From Antechinus flavipes (Eukaryota): 64,000 bases of DNA. Shown here piece after piece: positions 1-13,159 of this stretch (positions are counted from its first letter, which is position 1; the number at the start of each line of letters is the position of its first letter). The translations under genes were made by a program, and so were the position numbers. Where the stretch lies: assembly GCF_016432865.1 (NCBI RefSeq), contig NC_067403.1:264058001-264122000 (forward strand). The letters are read 5' to 3'. The notes beneath the pieces were generated by a model. The model did not search any database. It worked only from the letters and a program-made list of their open reading frames with translations, and was not told where the DNA came from.

Positions 1-2639
1 CAGGAGTCACAAACATTTAAAGCATTTCACAGATAATGAAAAAAGGCAAGCTGTCAGAACCAAGAATCCCTTCCGAAAACAAAATGTAAGCTCAAGGCGA
101 AGGTGTTTGCGAGGCTCCCAGGCCGGATCCGAAGCCAAAACCGTCTTGGATTGGAGCTTTGCCAAATGTTGCCACAAGCGGACGAATGGTAACGGGCTTA
201 GCGCCCACGAGCCCGAACGCTTCTGTTTCAGTGAGTTAGAAGGAGCCTTTGTCTGAGGGATGTAGCCCAGAAATAGCTAACGCAGACCCTCGGCCAAGGC
301 CCCGGGAGCGTGGCGTTCTATGGAGGACACCCCCCAGCAAGCGCCCCCAGCGGGACGGCCACGGAAGTGGCCAGTGGAGGCTGGCGCTCAGACTGTGTGA
401 AGGGAGCTCACGGCTCCAGTGCGTTTCCGCCAACAATCAGCTCCGGGGACACTAAGGCTTATGTCAGAATGAGTCCGGATTTCCAGTCAATCTGACTGAA
501 AGACGTCCTAAGGGGGGCTCTGTCCACTCACGGGGCCCCCTCAGTTACCGGCCTCTCTTAGCTCTTGAGGCTGGATTTCCCGCCCTCAGCCTCCCTTGTG
601 TGGAGGGTCCTGCCGCTTTCTAGCCTGACCTACATAAGCTTCCCCGGCCCCATCAGGGTCCTTTCTGGTTGTCCTACCTCCCTGAGGGCAGGGGGTGGGC
701 CCTCGCTCGCAAACAGCCATTATGGGAGCCCCGGAGTGTGTCGCCAAACAGGAGAAGGCGGGTAGATGGGCGCCAGGGGCGGAGTGATTGCTCCTCTGCC
801 CGCATCCCTGCCCGTGAGAACACGGCCTCGTCCCTGAGCCGGGGAGGATGCAGTGCAGCCCCACGCCCACGCAGGGGTCACGGTCTCCCTCCTCTGGTCT
901 CTGCCCACAGGGTACCTCCTGGGCATGTGGCACTCCCAGCTTGGGAGGAGATCAAGGAACCGGCCAGCCCAGTGTCCTATCCTGCAGGAATCTAGAGGGC
1001 CAGAGCCTGCTTTCCTGGCACGCCTCCTGCCCTTTAGCTCCCTCCCAGGATCCCTTGGGGTCATGGTCTGCCAGGCGGTGGCCCTCGGCGCTCATCCCCG
1101 TCCCCGCTCTTCCCTCTCCCGGCATCTCCTTCCGCTGTATCCTCTGGCGTAGCTGGCCCCTCTAACACTCCCCGTCTCCCCCGATGCCCTCCTCCCCCAC
1201 TCTGGCCACCCTCTCTGCTCCTGGGAAGGCCAGTGCTCCTTTGTGCCCCTTCTCCATCCTCCCGGTCCCCACTCAGCAAGATTTGGGACCTGACATTTGG
1301 AAAGGCGGCTCCCTTTCCCTTCCTCCTTTGGGAAGGAGGGCTCTCCTTTTCCCCTTCCTCACCCCGGTCTCTCTCCTGTCCCCAAAGAGTCCAAGGTTGA
1401 AGAAGGGAGGCCCCCTTTAGCCCCTTTGTTGCCCATAAGCCCTGGTCACAGAGGACTCTGACTTTGTGGCCAAGCCCGCAGATTCATGGTGTGGGGACCA
1501 CCCGTCGGGGGGCCGTGTCCACCGGGACAGACCCGCGGGCAGCTCCATCTCAGAGTGCTCAGAAGCAAGACCCCGATCTGGGCCCCAGATCTCCAGCCCT
1601 GAGGCCGTTGCTGCTGCCCCTCCCCGGGCCCCCCTGCCTCGGCTCCCCTCAGTCTTTGCTCCAACTTGGCCAACCCAAGTGGCTGAGGTCTTCTCCACCC
1701 AATGTCTGGCCCCGGTGAACTTCAGCCTTTCGTGGCTGGCCAGACCCCGCCGGGGCTAACCCTCGGTGCCGCCTGCCTTCTCTGTCACCTCCTCCCGGGC
1801 TGCGGACTGGATGGACCCCATTCCTCCGACCCCCCCATCCAGCCTCCCCTTCCCCGCAGAGGGGGATCCTCGTCTGTTACTTCTCTGAGAAAGCTAGAGG
1901 TCCCGCTCCCCGGGCTGTCCGGTCTCCCCCGTCCACACTGTTAATGCCTCTGGGCTGACCCCATTCCCCAGGCCCCCCCATACAATCCTATCCGACTTCG
2001 CCTGCTGAGAGCCTCCCCAACCCTGCCATCCCCCCGCCCCCAGGCTTCAGACCGGGAGGGCTCTTTCCCAAAGATTCCCTCTCCCATTCACGTCCTCCCC
2101 TTCTCCACCGTCACTCACTCTGGCTCCCTGGGAGGCCGCTCAGTGGGAGGCCCCCCTCTCTGGGGCCCGGGGTGGTCCGGCTGCCTCCCCCAGCCTCGGA
2201 GATGGCTCTTTCCTGTCCTGGCTGCAGAGATGCTCCCGAGCTTTCTCAGCCTCTCACTGGATCTTCCAGTCTCTGGGTGTGCCCCAGGCTCCATGGGAGC
2301 CTTTTCTTTACTCACTCCCTTAATGAGCTTATTTACTCCAGTGGGCCCGGTTATCATGTGACTCACAAATCTATGCATCAAGTCCCAAGCCTCCTCAACC
2401 GGGCCGGCTTCCCCAGGCAGAAAGGTCAGTGGGAGGAGCTCTCACTCCTACCTGACACTTCCTCCGTATTCTGTGCGGGAACTTGTCTCCCCGTCCTGGC
2501 CTGGGACTAGCTGGGACCCGGAGCCTCTCCCCACTATCTGATCCGACACACCCTCCTTTTTGTTCTCCCGGAGCCCTCGTTCCTCCCAGCTTGACGGGAC
2601 CCTCCTCCCAGCGTCACCTTTGGTGGTCCCTCTCCTGCC

Positions 2640-2960
2640 CTTTGCCTCAGCCCTTGCATCCCTTCAGTTGCCAAGTCTTACTGGTTCTCTTCCCGCCCAT
2701 CCTCCTCCTCCACTCCTGCGGGGCTCCTCACCTCCCTGCATCCCTCCTGGGGTCCTCCCCTCTCCACTCTACCCTTCACAAGCCCGCCCATCACCAAGGC
2801 ACGGGCCCAATCACATTCTCCGGCCCCTGCCCTCTTTTTGGCCAGTTACCCCAGGACCAATGCAAACTCCTCAGCTTGGCATTCGAAGCCCCCTCCCGCC
2901 TGGCTCTGAGGTTGGGTTTCGCATTGTCTCCAAATGTTCCCTTTCCCAGCAGAACAGGCT
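2640..2960 (+). mobile_element. Ancient LINE-2-like fragment
   Basis: Pyrimidine-rich L2 3' signature (TGCAAACTCCTCAGCTTGGCATTCGAAGCCC). Confidence 0.45.
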
Positions 2961-5900
2961 TCTGGACCTGGATCGGATCATAGGTCTGGAGCTAAAAGGA
3001 AGCTCCGGCCCACGGCTCCAAGCCTGTCGTTTCAGCCTGAGGTGATTTTCCTAAAGTCGTACAGGCAGCGAGCATCAGAACCGGGGTCCGAACGCAGAGT
3101 CCGAACGCAGAGCCCACGGAGCTGCCCCCTCGGCGGTGGGTGGTCCCCCCCAATCCCTGCCTCCTTCGACCATCCTCGAAAGCCCAGCGTTGCTGCCTCC
3201 CCCCAAACGGGGGACTCCGAGAGGCGGCGCTCTCCCGGAGGCTGGGCTGAGGAACGGGCGGCTGCAGTCAGAGTGCGGGGAACAGGGCGCCCCCTCTTCC
3301 TGGGGTCTGGGATAATGAGGCCGAGGCGGCACCTCCAAGTTTTGAGAGAGTTTCCAGAGGAAGGACAGACAGGATCCCTAAGACTAAAAGGTGGCCGGGA
3401 ATCGCTCAGTAAGCCCTTCCTAAGCACCCACTCTGGGCCGGGCCCGGTGCTGAGTGCAGTCCCTGTCCTCGGGCCCTGGGCGAGCGGAGGGGAACAGACG
3501 GCGGCCATTTATCGGGCCCTGTGTGCCCGCCCCGCGCTGGGAGTATGGGGGGGGACGTGACCCCGAATGCCATTCTGAAGGCAGAGGATCCGCATTCCCA
3601 AAGGCGGGGAAACGTAGCTGGAAGAGGCCGCTGCAGGGGGAGGCAGGTTTGGTTCAGAAGTAGCTGCAGAGCAGGGCCCGGGGCACAAACCCCGAGAATC
3701 CTGCCCAACTCCACCCGAGGCAGGGACGGCTCCCGGGAGGGGAAGGGATGGAGGCAAGGAGGGGAACTTTGCTCAGGGTGGATGCAGCGTAACCCTGACA
3801 TCCCAGAAGGCAGGGAGGCTCCGGGCCAGCCCATTCCCTTTTCTCAGACAAGGGGAATGCAAGACCTTTGCACTGGGAACGGCAGGAGAAGCGGCCGACG
3901 GGGAGCAGCTCCCCAAGATCCGCAAAGAGCGAGAGCCCCTTCCTGCCTCGCTGAGACGAGGGGCAGCCTCACCTCCTCGAAGACCGTGAGCGCAGTCACT
4001 GCTGGGGATCTTTGAAAGGCCAGGGAGAGGAAGGACAACTGTCAGTCCAAATATAAATATTTTCCAAAAATAAAACCCTAAAAAAGGACAAAGAGCCTGC
4101 CAACTAACCATGAGCTGGTGGGCTCGGACTCCTGGCTCCTGACTCCACAAGGATCCCCAAGAGACAGCTGGTTAACATCTAGAAGCAGAGAAAGAATCTG
4201 CCGAGCCCCCTCCCCCCGGCTCCAGCAGGCACAGGCTGTCGCGCCAAAGGCAGCCGCCACATCCGTCTGGGACGGGAGACAAGGGACGCTCTGACGGAGT
4301 TCTCCTAGCGAAGTCTCAAGTTTTGGACAAAAGTGTCTCGGTGTTCTCCCGAAAGGGCAGATGCAAAGCTCAGACAGTCCCGCAGGGTTTCAGGTCAGAG
4401 TGACGGGAGGGCTCCAGGGAAGGGGCGCGGGGGTCCCTGTAGCTCTAAGGACTTGGAAACAGGCAGAGGGGGCAGGTGCCCCCCATCTGCAAATGGCACA
4501 AAGCCGGGAGGGACGGCGGATGGGAATGGCCGACAGGCAGCTGCTTCTCAGTCTAGCAACAGATTCAAGAGGGGGCACTGAAGTCTTGCCTCCAGCTCTG
4601 CAAAAGAAAGTGCCTGCGGCTGAGTTGGGGAACAAGGTCAGGCAGCGTTTGAAGAAGCTCTGGGGGGGCTTTGTGACCTACGCGAGTCCTTCCTGGGATC
4701 TTGGACCCCATGAAGACGTGCCGGGGGTCCCACTGGTCCCTGCTTGAGGCAGCCTTTCCCAGAGGTCCTTGCCTTGCTGAATCATGGCTGGAGGAGGGCA
4801 TGAGGAAGCCCCAAGTCCGGGGCTTGCAGGGACATCTGGAGCTGGGGGAGGGGAGTGGCAGGGGGCAGGTTTTGCCTCCATCTTGGGAGATGCTTCCTAA
4901 CCGGGAGAGCCGGCCCTTAGCAGAAGGGGAGGTATTTCCTTGGAGAACGATGGGCAAACACCGGCTGCTCAAGAGTCAGCATCCGGGAGAGTCCATTTGG
5001 GGCTGGACTGGGCACAGGGCTCTGAGGTCCCTTCCAGGGGGTGGGATTCTGGGGGGGGGGGGAGGGACAGAATGTCTCCACCCTGGGGCTGGACCAGGCC
5101 CTCCCGGCCTCAGGGCATCAGAGGTGGTGCCATGTCTGCTGAGCCAGCCTAGCGCCCTGCGCCCTCAGAGGATTAAGGAACCGTCGGGCAGAAGCTGGCG
5201 CGGACCCCGAATATCGCAGTCTGAGTTTCAGTGCCCAGGGCTCGGGCCCTCCCCGGTCTCCCTCTGCCCACTGCGCGGCTCTCTGAGCTCCGGGCTCTCT
5301 CATTTGCCCCTTCCCTTCCCGGGTCTGGGGGCAGGGGCTGTTCTGGGTCTGTCATGGGCACACGGACACTTCCCAAATGTTTGGCAAGATGGGCGGCATT
5401 TAGGGGGCCTAGGAGGAGAGCCAAGGACTCTCGGGGAGCTCCGCCCGGGGACCCTGTAACAGCTCTTCTGATGCCTTTGCTCCCCGTTCCCAGCTCCTGT
5501 GCCTGGTCAGATCAGCCCCCCAGGGGTAAACACACCCCCTTCCTCCCCCACACAGGCCTTCCCATCCCCCAGGCCCCCCTGTCAGCCAGGTTTAATGAGG
5601 CTTCATGGGTGGGGAGATTAACCCCTTGACGCCAGGGAGGCTCCGCCAGGGGGGGACACACCCCCATTCTGGGCTCCCTGCACCCCTCTCCCCCCAAATT
5701 ATAATCATCCTCCTAATTGTCAGGGCTGGCCATGGGTGGCCATCTCTGAGGCATTTTACAAACTGTAATTAGTGCCCATATTTGGCTGCCTACTTCCTGC
5801 CCTCCCCCAACTGTGAGCTCCCATTGTGTGGCTGAGAAGGCCAGGGCCGAGGGAGGAGGTCACTGCTGGAAGGCCTCCTTCCCGGCCTTGTGTCCTGGCT

Positions 5901-6512
5901 CTCCTGGGAGGTTGTGTTCCCCTCCCCCCGCCCCCCCAGGCTTTGGCAGTCTGCGGGGTTCCCTAGGAAGGTGCGGACCATCTGGATCCCTCCCCGTCCC
6001 CAAGAAGGTCTGGGAGCTCCCTGCCCTTGGGGCAGGGGGGAGTCCTGGGGGCTCCGGACCTGTCCCTGGCTTGTGCCTGGGTTCCTTTGTGCCCCAGGGG
6101 AACATGAGACTGGAAACTGGGGTCCCCAGCTTGGCTTAGAAAGGGGATGTCGGCCTCCCGCAGAGCCCTGGCCCTGCCCATGATTGCCCCCCAACTAGAG
6201 CGGAGACTTCTCCGGGGTGATTCTGCGGCAGGACCCACGCTGCTTTAAGGAAGCCCACAGCTGGCTCCTTTCCTCCCAGACAGTCCTGACCGTTTCCCCC
6301 TTCCCCCGGCAGACTTGGGCTCCCGCGGGGCTCCGGGAAAGGCTTTTTAGGGACCCCCGAGGAGCTCCTTGCTATGGCCCAGGTGGGGCCAGGCTCCCCA
6401 GGCTGAGTCAGGCTGAGTCAGGGAGGCACGGGCTCCTTCCTCTAGAACTCTCCCACGGCTCCCTCTCCCCCTCCCAACGGCCCAGCCTGGGCCCCCTCCC
6501 GGCAGTGGGTAC

Positions 6513-6771
6513 CTCTGGAGCCGTCTGGGCCTGTGCTGGCTGCAGGGTCCGTCGGGGGGCTGGCCAGGGAGCCATTGATCCTGGAAGGCTGGCCCAGCTG
6601 GAGCATCCTGGCCCGGACCTGCTCCTGCACCCGGGCCACCTTCAGCCGCTCCCGCTCGGCCTCCAGAGCCTCCTTGTTCTTCAGGTCCAGCTGCAAATCC
6701 GAGGGCAGGGCCAGGGAGCAGACCCCAGTCCCGGGCTGCAGGGCAGAGAGCAGGAAGTTATTGTCCTGCAT
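6513..6771 (-). CDS. PKP3: Plakophilin-3 coding exon 1 (gene continues off the left edge)
   Basis: MQDNNFLLSALQPGTGVCSLALPSDLQLD...ARVQEQVRARMLQLGQ matches the PKP3 N-terminus; phase-1 donor AG|GTACCC at 6513/6512; syntenic and co-oriented with B4GALNT4. Confidence 0.93.
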
Positions 6772-9639
6772 GCTGGCAGGGGCCTGGGCCTGAGGGGGCC
6801 GGGGGCTCAGCGGGGCTCTGACTCTGGCCGGCCCACGGCGCCTAGCATGGCCCTCCAGCGGCTGCGGGCCTGTGGGGAGCTCGCTCAGCTCCCAGATGTC
6901 CCGGTGGCCGGCCGGCCGCACCCAGGAGCAGACCCCGCCCAGGCCTGAGCTCACCTGGGGGCGGGGACACCTGGGGAAGGCCGGGGGCGGGGCCGCAGCC
7001 TCCCCTGGGTGGAATTCCTAGGGAAGGAATAGGCCCTGCCCAGCCCCCGGGCCTCCGGGGCCCCAGCCTCAGCCTCCGCCCTCCTCTGGACCCTGGAGGC
7101 CTGGGCTGGGACGCTGCCGGGAGGGCAGGATGGGAGTGCCCAGTTATTATGGCTGTTGGGACCGGGACAGTGGGAAGGGTGCTGACTGGGGCTGGCCTGC
7201 CACCTCCTATTTACCTAACGCCTTCCCGAGGGCTCCGCTGGGGCCCAGCCCGGCCTGGCATCTCGCCCGCGGCCGGACTGGGCAGGAGCTGGGCCCGGGC
7301 CAAGTCTAGGTCAGGAGGGAGAGGAGGTCAGTCACCTCCTTCGCCCTGTGGGGACCTGGGGAAAGGTGGACTCCCCGAAGGCCGGGAGGCCAGGGTCAGA
7401 GTCCAAAGCCTCACGTCCATTCAGACTGGACAGGGCAGCGGATGGGGCGGGGTGGGCAGAGGTTAGGTTGGGGCTGTTTGGGGGCTGGGTCAGGCAGGGC
7501 CTTGGGGTTCCTTTGGCCCTTCTCGATCGCTCCCTCCCTCTTTCTCCCTTACGGTCCCCATAGTCTCCCAATTTGTATGCTTTTTAGTGACTTAGGTGCC
7601 CCCAAGAGGCTCCTTGGGACTCTGGCCTTTGTTGAAAATGGCTGCTGTTTGGGGCTCCCACCTTAGCCTTGGCAGTCCAGGGGGAGATGGGGAGTGTGTT
7701 CCCTGGGCTTTGTCTCCTGGCTCAGGTTGTGTGAATGTGTGTGTGTGTGTGAGTGTGTGAGACACGGGGCAGGCCTGGGCAAGCTTGGGGGGTTCTGGAA
7801 GAGGGGAGGCCCCCCCTCAGACCCTTGCCCCTCCTCCACACTGGGCTGCTCCGTGACGTGGGCTCGGCTGGGAGGAGCAGGCTGGTGACTCAAGGGGAGC
7901 AGCGGAGTACAAGTCCACACTAGCAGGGGTGGGGCGGGCGGGGCTCAGGCTCCCAGAAATACCCGGGGCTGCCCCTCCCCCTCCGGGGGTCCTCCTTGGC
8001 AGCTGCTCCCCGAGAACCCACAATCGCAGCTAGGGGACCCTGAGCGCCCCAGCTGCTGGGGCTGCGTCTCTGGCCTGTTCCTCAGCAGACGGGGTCAGCG
8101 CTCCCTGCTGGACCTGCCTCTCGGGCTTAGCGAGAAACTAGTGGGGGAAGCTGGAAGGGCCCATTCCGGGGATGAGGAAAAAGTCCAGCCCAGAGTCAGA
8201 GCCATCCTGCCCAGCAGGCTCCCTCCTTGGGCCCTCCGTTCTCCCCAGCTTTCCCCATCGCCAGAGACTCTCCCAGCCCCCGCTCAGGGGCCCCTCAAGT
8301 GCACTTGGCTCCCCTGGCTCCCTAACTGGACACTAAGGCCCTCCAGCAGCGCTGTCCGCTGTGTAACCCCCCCCAGCCCTCCCAGTCCCCCTCCTCCCCA
8401 AGCTAGGGTCCTAGGCCAGGCTTTCTGCCCTTGACCCTGGGTGGATCCACCCTCCGCGGCCCCACCCCCAGCCTTAATACACCCCCACTGTAAGCTAGAG
8501 TGGAGTGGGGGAGATGGGGTCAGTAAAGGGGGGTCAGCAGCAAGGTGGGGGAGGCAGAGACCTACATTGTTCATCTTGCGAACACTGCTCATCTCTTTGT
8601 CCATCCTTGGGCTGGAGAGAATCAAGCTTCCTCAGCTGCTCTCCTGAGCCGGTCCCAGCCTGGGATCCAGGGCTGTCTTGTTGCTTGGATTGTGGGGGGA
8701 TCGGGGTGGGACCAGGTGGATCCAGCAGCTGCGGGAACGCCCTTTGCCTTCCCCTTCCCTGCTGATCCAACCAGTTGCTTCCATCAGAGACTTTGTATTT
8801 CTGGTGGAAAAATGTTTTGGAGACAAGTTTGTGCGGAGCCGTAGCTCTCTGGGAGAACCACAGCCTGGCACCAGCGGGCCCTCCTGGCACCAGCTGCCTC
8901 TTGCCAACCTCCATTGGGTGGATCCTACGGGCACCAGGTTGGGTTTCCTCCCACCCCAAGAATCCAGGGAACCTGGGGCTGAGTGAAGGGAGGGGGGTGT
9001 TGGGGACCACCCTGGAACCCCCCTCAGTTCATTTTCCCCACTTTGAGCTTCTGGACTGGCAGCAGGAGCTCGGGACAGGTGAGACCTGGAAGGTACAGGG
9101 AGGAGACAGGGAAGGGGCAGCAGAAGGAGCTGGCCGGTTATTGCTGAATAGCTTCTGGGCAGCTTGCTACACAGCTGGAGGGCGAACCTGATCTTCCCAA
9201 GGGCAGAGAAGGCCCGAGGAAGTTCTGGCTGGGTTAGGGGAGGGCTGCTTGTGACATTTGGAAGGAGCAGGGCGGCGGCGGGCTTCGGCAGGAACAGGTC
9301 CTGCCAGACGAACCACATTTCCTTTTGGGACAAGCTTACCAGACTGGTAGGGCAGCAGAAGGATGCCGGCCATTCTCCCTGCCAGGATTTCAGCAAAGAA
9401 CCTGACACTGTCTGGAGGCAGAAGGTGGAGAGAGCTGGCTCTGCTTAAGATGGCTGTCGGGAGGGACCGCCCCACGCTTGACATCCTTAATCTGGTCAAA
9501 CTGCAACTCTCAGGGGACCACGCCAAAGAAGGATCAAGAACTCCAATGAGAAAGTGCAGGAGTGACTTCCTCCAGCCCGACCTGCCCTGGCAGCCTGGTG
9601 GGATTTGTCTATGGCCAGGCTGAACAGGGAAGGGAATAA

Positions 9640-9880
9640 GCACCTGTAAAGTGCCTACTATGTGCAAGACACTGCACTGAGCCAGTGGCTACTCTGTGCC
9701 AGGCATTGTGCTAAGTGCTTTAGTCCTGTCTCATTTGATCCTACAACCACCTAGGAGTTATGGGATTATCTCCATTTTGTAGTTGAGGAAACTGAGGCAG
9801 AGCTTGTCCATGCTCACACAGTTAGTGCTCATCTTTTTGATTCCAGACCCAGCACTGTGTCCACTGAGCCAGCAGCCTCT
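9640..9880 (-). mobile_element. MIR/CORE-SINE fragment
   Basis: CTACTATGTGC..TGTGCCAGGCATTGTGCTAAG..GAGGAAACTGAGGCA core. Confidence 0.6.
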
Positions 9881-10632
9881 CGGTATCAGCCCAGGGTAAT
9901 GAGAGAAGCTCTGGGAAGACATGGATTCTATGAGGTTTTGTGTTTGAAGCCAGCAAGAACAGGAAACTCCCCAAAGAAAGCCCCAGAGCAGGGGTTCTGA
10001 GAATCAGGAAGAGGTAGCAGCCAGTATGGGGGCATCACACTCAGGAAGGCTGTGCTGAGGTACCAGAGAGTACCCCGAAGGTCAGCCCAGAAACCTGGGA
10101 AACGCCTAAGTTTGACTATCCCTCGTAAGGAACTGAGCCTGGCTTGGACAAACTAAATTAAAGGAACTGAAGAGATGAGAAGCGAAGAAAACACTAATTT
10201 TTTTTTTTTTAAGTGCTTTAGATCTAGAAAGGAGAGAATGACTTCATAACAATTACAAGCAGAGGCTCAGAGAAAAAAATGGAATTTTACAAGGCCTACA
10301 TGAATGCTGAGAAAAAATAAAATGAAATACAAAATGAAATCAGTGTTGGAGGAAAGAATTGGAAGAAAACAGCCTAGAATAGAGTGCAATGACCCAAGAA
10401 ATGGACTGAAATGAAAGAAATGAAAACTAGAAAAGAAACCAAAGACTCCAGGAAAGATTATATTAAAATCAAAATATTTTTAAAATAAAATTTAATATAC
10501 TTGCTATTAAAAAAAAAAAACTAACCTGCAAAATGGATCAAGGATGATTTATAAATGAAAATTTCCTATTTGATCTATTAGTTCTGACCTATTTAAAAAA
10601 ATGGTTATATATAGATAGGACAAATCCACCAA

Positions 10633-11428
10633 GTTGTGAACTGATCTGATCAATCTGGAGAACAATTTGGAACTATGCCCAAAGGGCTGTCAAACTACAT
10701 ACCTTTGAGCAATGTCCCAACTGGTACTGTATCCCAAAGAGATCATAAAACAGGGAAAAGGACCTACATGTGCAAAAATGTTTGTGGTGGCCCTTTTTTT
10801 AGTGGCTGAAAACTAGGTGGATGCCCATCAGCTGGGGAGTGATTGAATCAGTAATAGTATTTGAATGTTGTGAAATAGTGTTGTTCTATAAAAAATGATC
10901 AGCAGGATGATTTTGGAGAAGGCTGGAGAGACTCACATGAACTGCTGCTGAATGAAGTGGAGAGAACTAGGAGATCATTGTACATGGCAACAGCAGATTA
11001 TACAATGATCATATTCTGATACATGTGGCTCTTTTCAACTTTGAGGTGATTCAGGCCAGCTCCAATGGTCTTTTGATGAAGAGAGCCATCTGCACCCAGA
11101 AAGAACTGTGGGAACTGAGTGTGGCTCACAGCATAGCATTTTCACTCTTTTTCTTGTTGTATGCTTGCATTTTGTTTTCTGTTTCATTTTTTTTCCCTTT
11201 TGATCTGATTTTTCTTGTGCAGCATGATAATTGTGGAAACATAGAAAAATTGCATGTTTAACATATATTAGATTACTTGTCATCTAGGTGTCTCACCACC
11301 TGGTCATGAGTTAGTGAGAGGAAGGGAGGGAAAAAATTTGGAATGCCAAGTTTTACAAGAGTGAATGTTGAAAATTATCTATGCACATGTTTTGAAAATT
11401 AAAAGCTTTAATAAAAAGATTAAAAAAA
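10633..11428 (+). mobile_element. 5'-truncated LINE-1 (ORF2 end and 3'UTR) nested in an older L1 (ORF1 remnants ~10150-12050)
   Basis: L1 3'-end motifs, A-rich tail, approximate TSD (A)TCCACCAA; flanking PRIAHSEKLSLI resembles the L1 ORF1 C-terminus. Confidence 0.7.
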
Positions 11429-12239
11429 GATTCCACCAAAATCAAAAGTCCCAGGAATATTTTAATCTAAATCTAAAAGTCAAAGAAAAAAGACTGCAAA
11501 CATCTGGAAAGAAGATGTGTGTGTCATAAGGTACTACAGTCAGGATGACTCAAAACCTGAAAGCTTTTATGATAAATGCAAAGAGATGCTGGAATAAAAG
11601 ATTCCAAAAAGCAGAAGAAAAATACAATTAGAAACCAAGAATAGCTCATTCTGAAAAGCTAAGTTTAATCTTAAAGGTGAAAAAAAATTTTAAATGGCTC
11701 TTTAATGGAATATTGGACTTTCAGACATATCCAATGAAAAGACCACAGTTGGGCCGAAACTCTGAAATGCAAACACATGCGAAGAAATTTAGAAAAGGTA
11801 AATTTGACTGAGCAATTGGAAGGAGCAGTAAAATGATGTGGTGCTAACATTGAAATCTTGCTGGAGTTGAAGCGGATAGTGAAAGTATTAAAGGGTATTG
11901 TGGGAGGGGCTAGGCGTGGCTTCTTTACTCTGAGAGTTTGAAAACAGAAACAAGAAGGGAGGGTAAGAGGAATAGAGAAAAATAGAGAAGAAGAAGGGGG
12001 AGAAAACCAATATTCCTCATCAATGGAATACATGAGTAGACAAGATTACCAAGAGAGCTGAGAAGGAGCAAGCATCAGATGGCAGAAAAGACCCTCAAAG
12101 GAGAGCTGAACGAACACACACAGTTCGCTGTAGAAACGAAACAAAACGAGTTTAGCAGGAAATAAAGAGGATGGGTTTGGAAAGTAAAGGAGTTCTATGC
12201 AGGAGTGGGGAGGATACTTTATGTCACTTTCTAGACAAT

Positions 12240-12500
12240 CAGGGAATGCCTGAACCAAGGGTAATGAGTGCCTACCATGTGCCAGGCACTGCGCTAAGTA
12301 CTTCACAAATATCATCTCACTTTATCTTTACAAATATCTTGGGAGGTAGGGGCTATTATCCCTGTTTTATAGATGGGGAAACAGGCAGAAAGGCAGAGGT
12401 TAAGCGCTTGCCCAGAGCCACCTATCTAGCGTCCGAAGCTGGATTTGAACTCTGGTTTTCCTAACTTTGGTCCACCATGGCATCACCCAGCTGCATAATG
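12240..12500 (-). mobile_element. MIR/CORE-SINE
   Basis: TGTGCCAGGCACTGCGCTAAG..ATAGATGGGGAAACAGG..GGATTTGAACTC. Confidence 0.6.
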
Positions 12501-13159
12501 GAGGTCTGGCACACACTGGCTTGTTCAGTTGGTGTGACCTCTCCCCATGGAAGATCTTAGGGAACTTGCTTCTGGGAGAGTCCCAAGGATGAGTTCTGGA
12601 GAAACACATCGTAGCAAGCACAGACATTGTGTGGTTGGCGAGGCGGAGACCCCTGACTTGTTTGGGAGAGACTCAAAAGGTCTGTCAGCACCAGCTACTT
12701 CCCCTTTTGCCTCAGTCATCCTTCGGGGTTCCCAGGGAGATTCCTGTGACTCTAAAAAATAGACTTTGACCTTTGATGGTGGTGGTTATTTCCTGTTTTA
12801 GATGAAGGCAATGGCATCTGCTGCTACCCTGGGACTTTTGAAAGATTAGGAGATTGAGCCAGAAAAATCCCAGAGTCTGAATCTAGGTCAAGATTTTGCA
12901 GTCAGCACAGACGTGATATCCTTAAAGAGCAACCTTTGGGAATGATGATTAGGGTCCCAGCCCAAGAATGGCTGAGACTGAGACTTGAGACTCCTGGTGG
13001 AGATGCTGCGCAGGGACGTGAGCTTTGGACTGCTGCTCTGAAGGAAGTCAGGCAAATCTTAAGGCTATAATCCCCTAGACCATGTGGGAACCTTGAAGGT
13101 TCTCTCCTAAGAGAGGACTCCAGAGCACACTCACTCTAAGACTTACATTATTTTTAAAA

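Noticed and set aside
1-6500. Further PKP3 exons
   Set aside because: No armadillo-repeat or exon-2-like (TSRGQYHTLQ) translation found; the ORFs here are GC-driven; exon 2 presumably lies beyond the left edge
12132-12142. ISRE-like AGAAACGAAAC
   Set aside because: Inside degraded L1-adjacent DNA, far from the IFITM gene, with no supporting context
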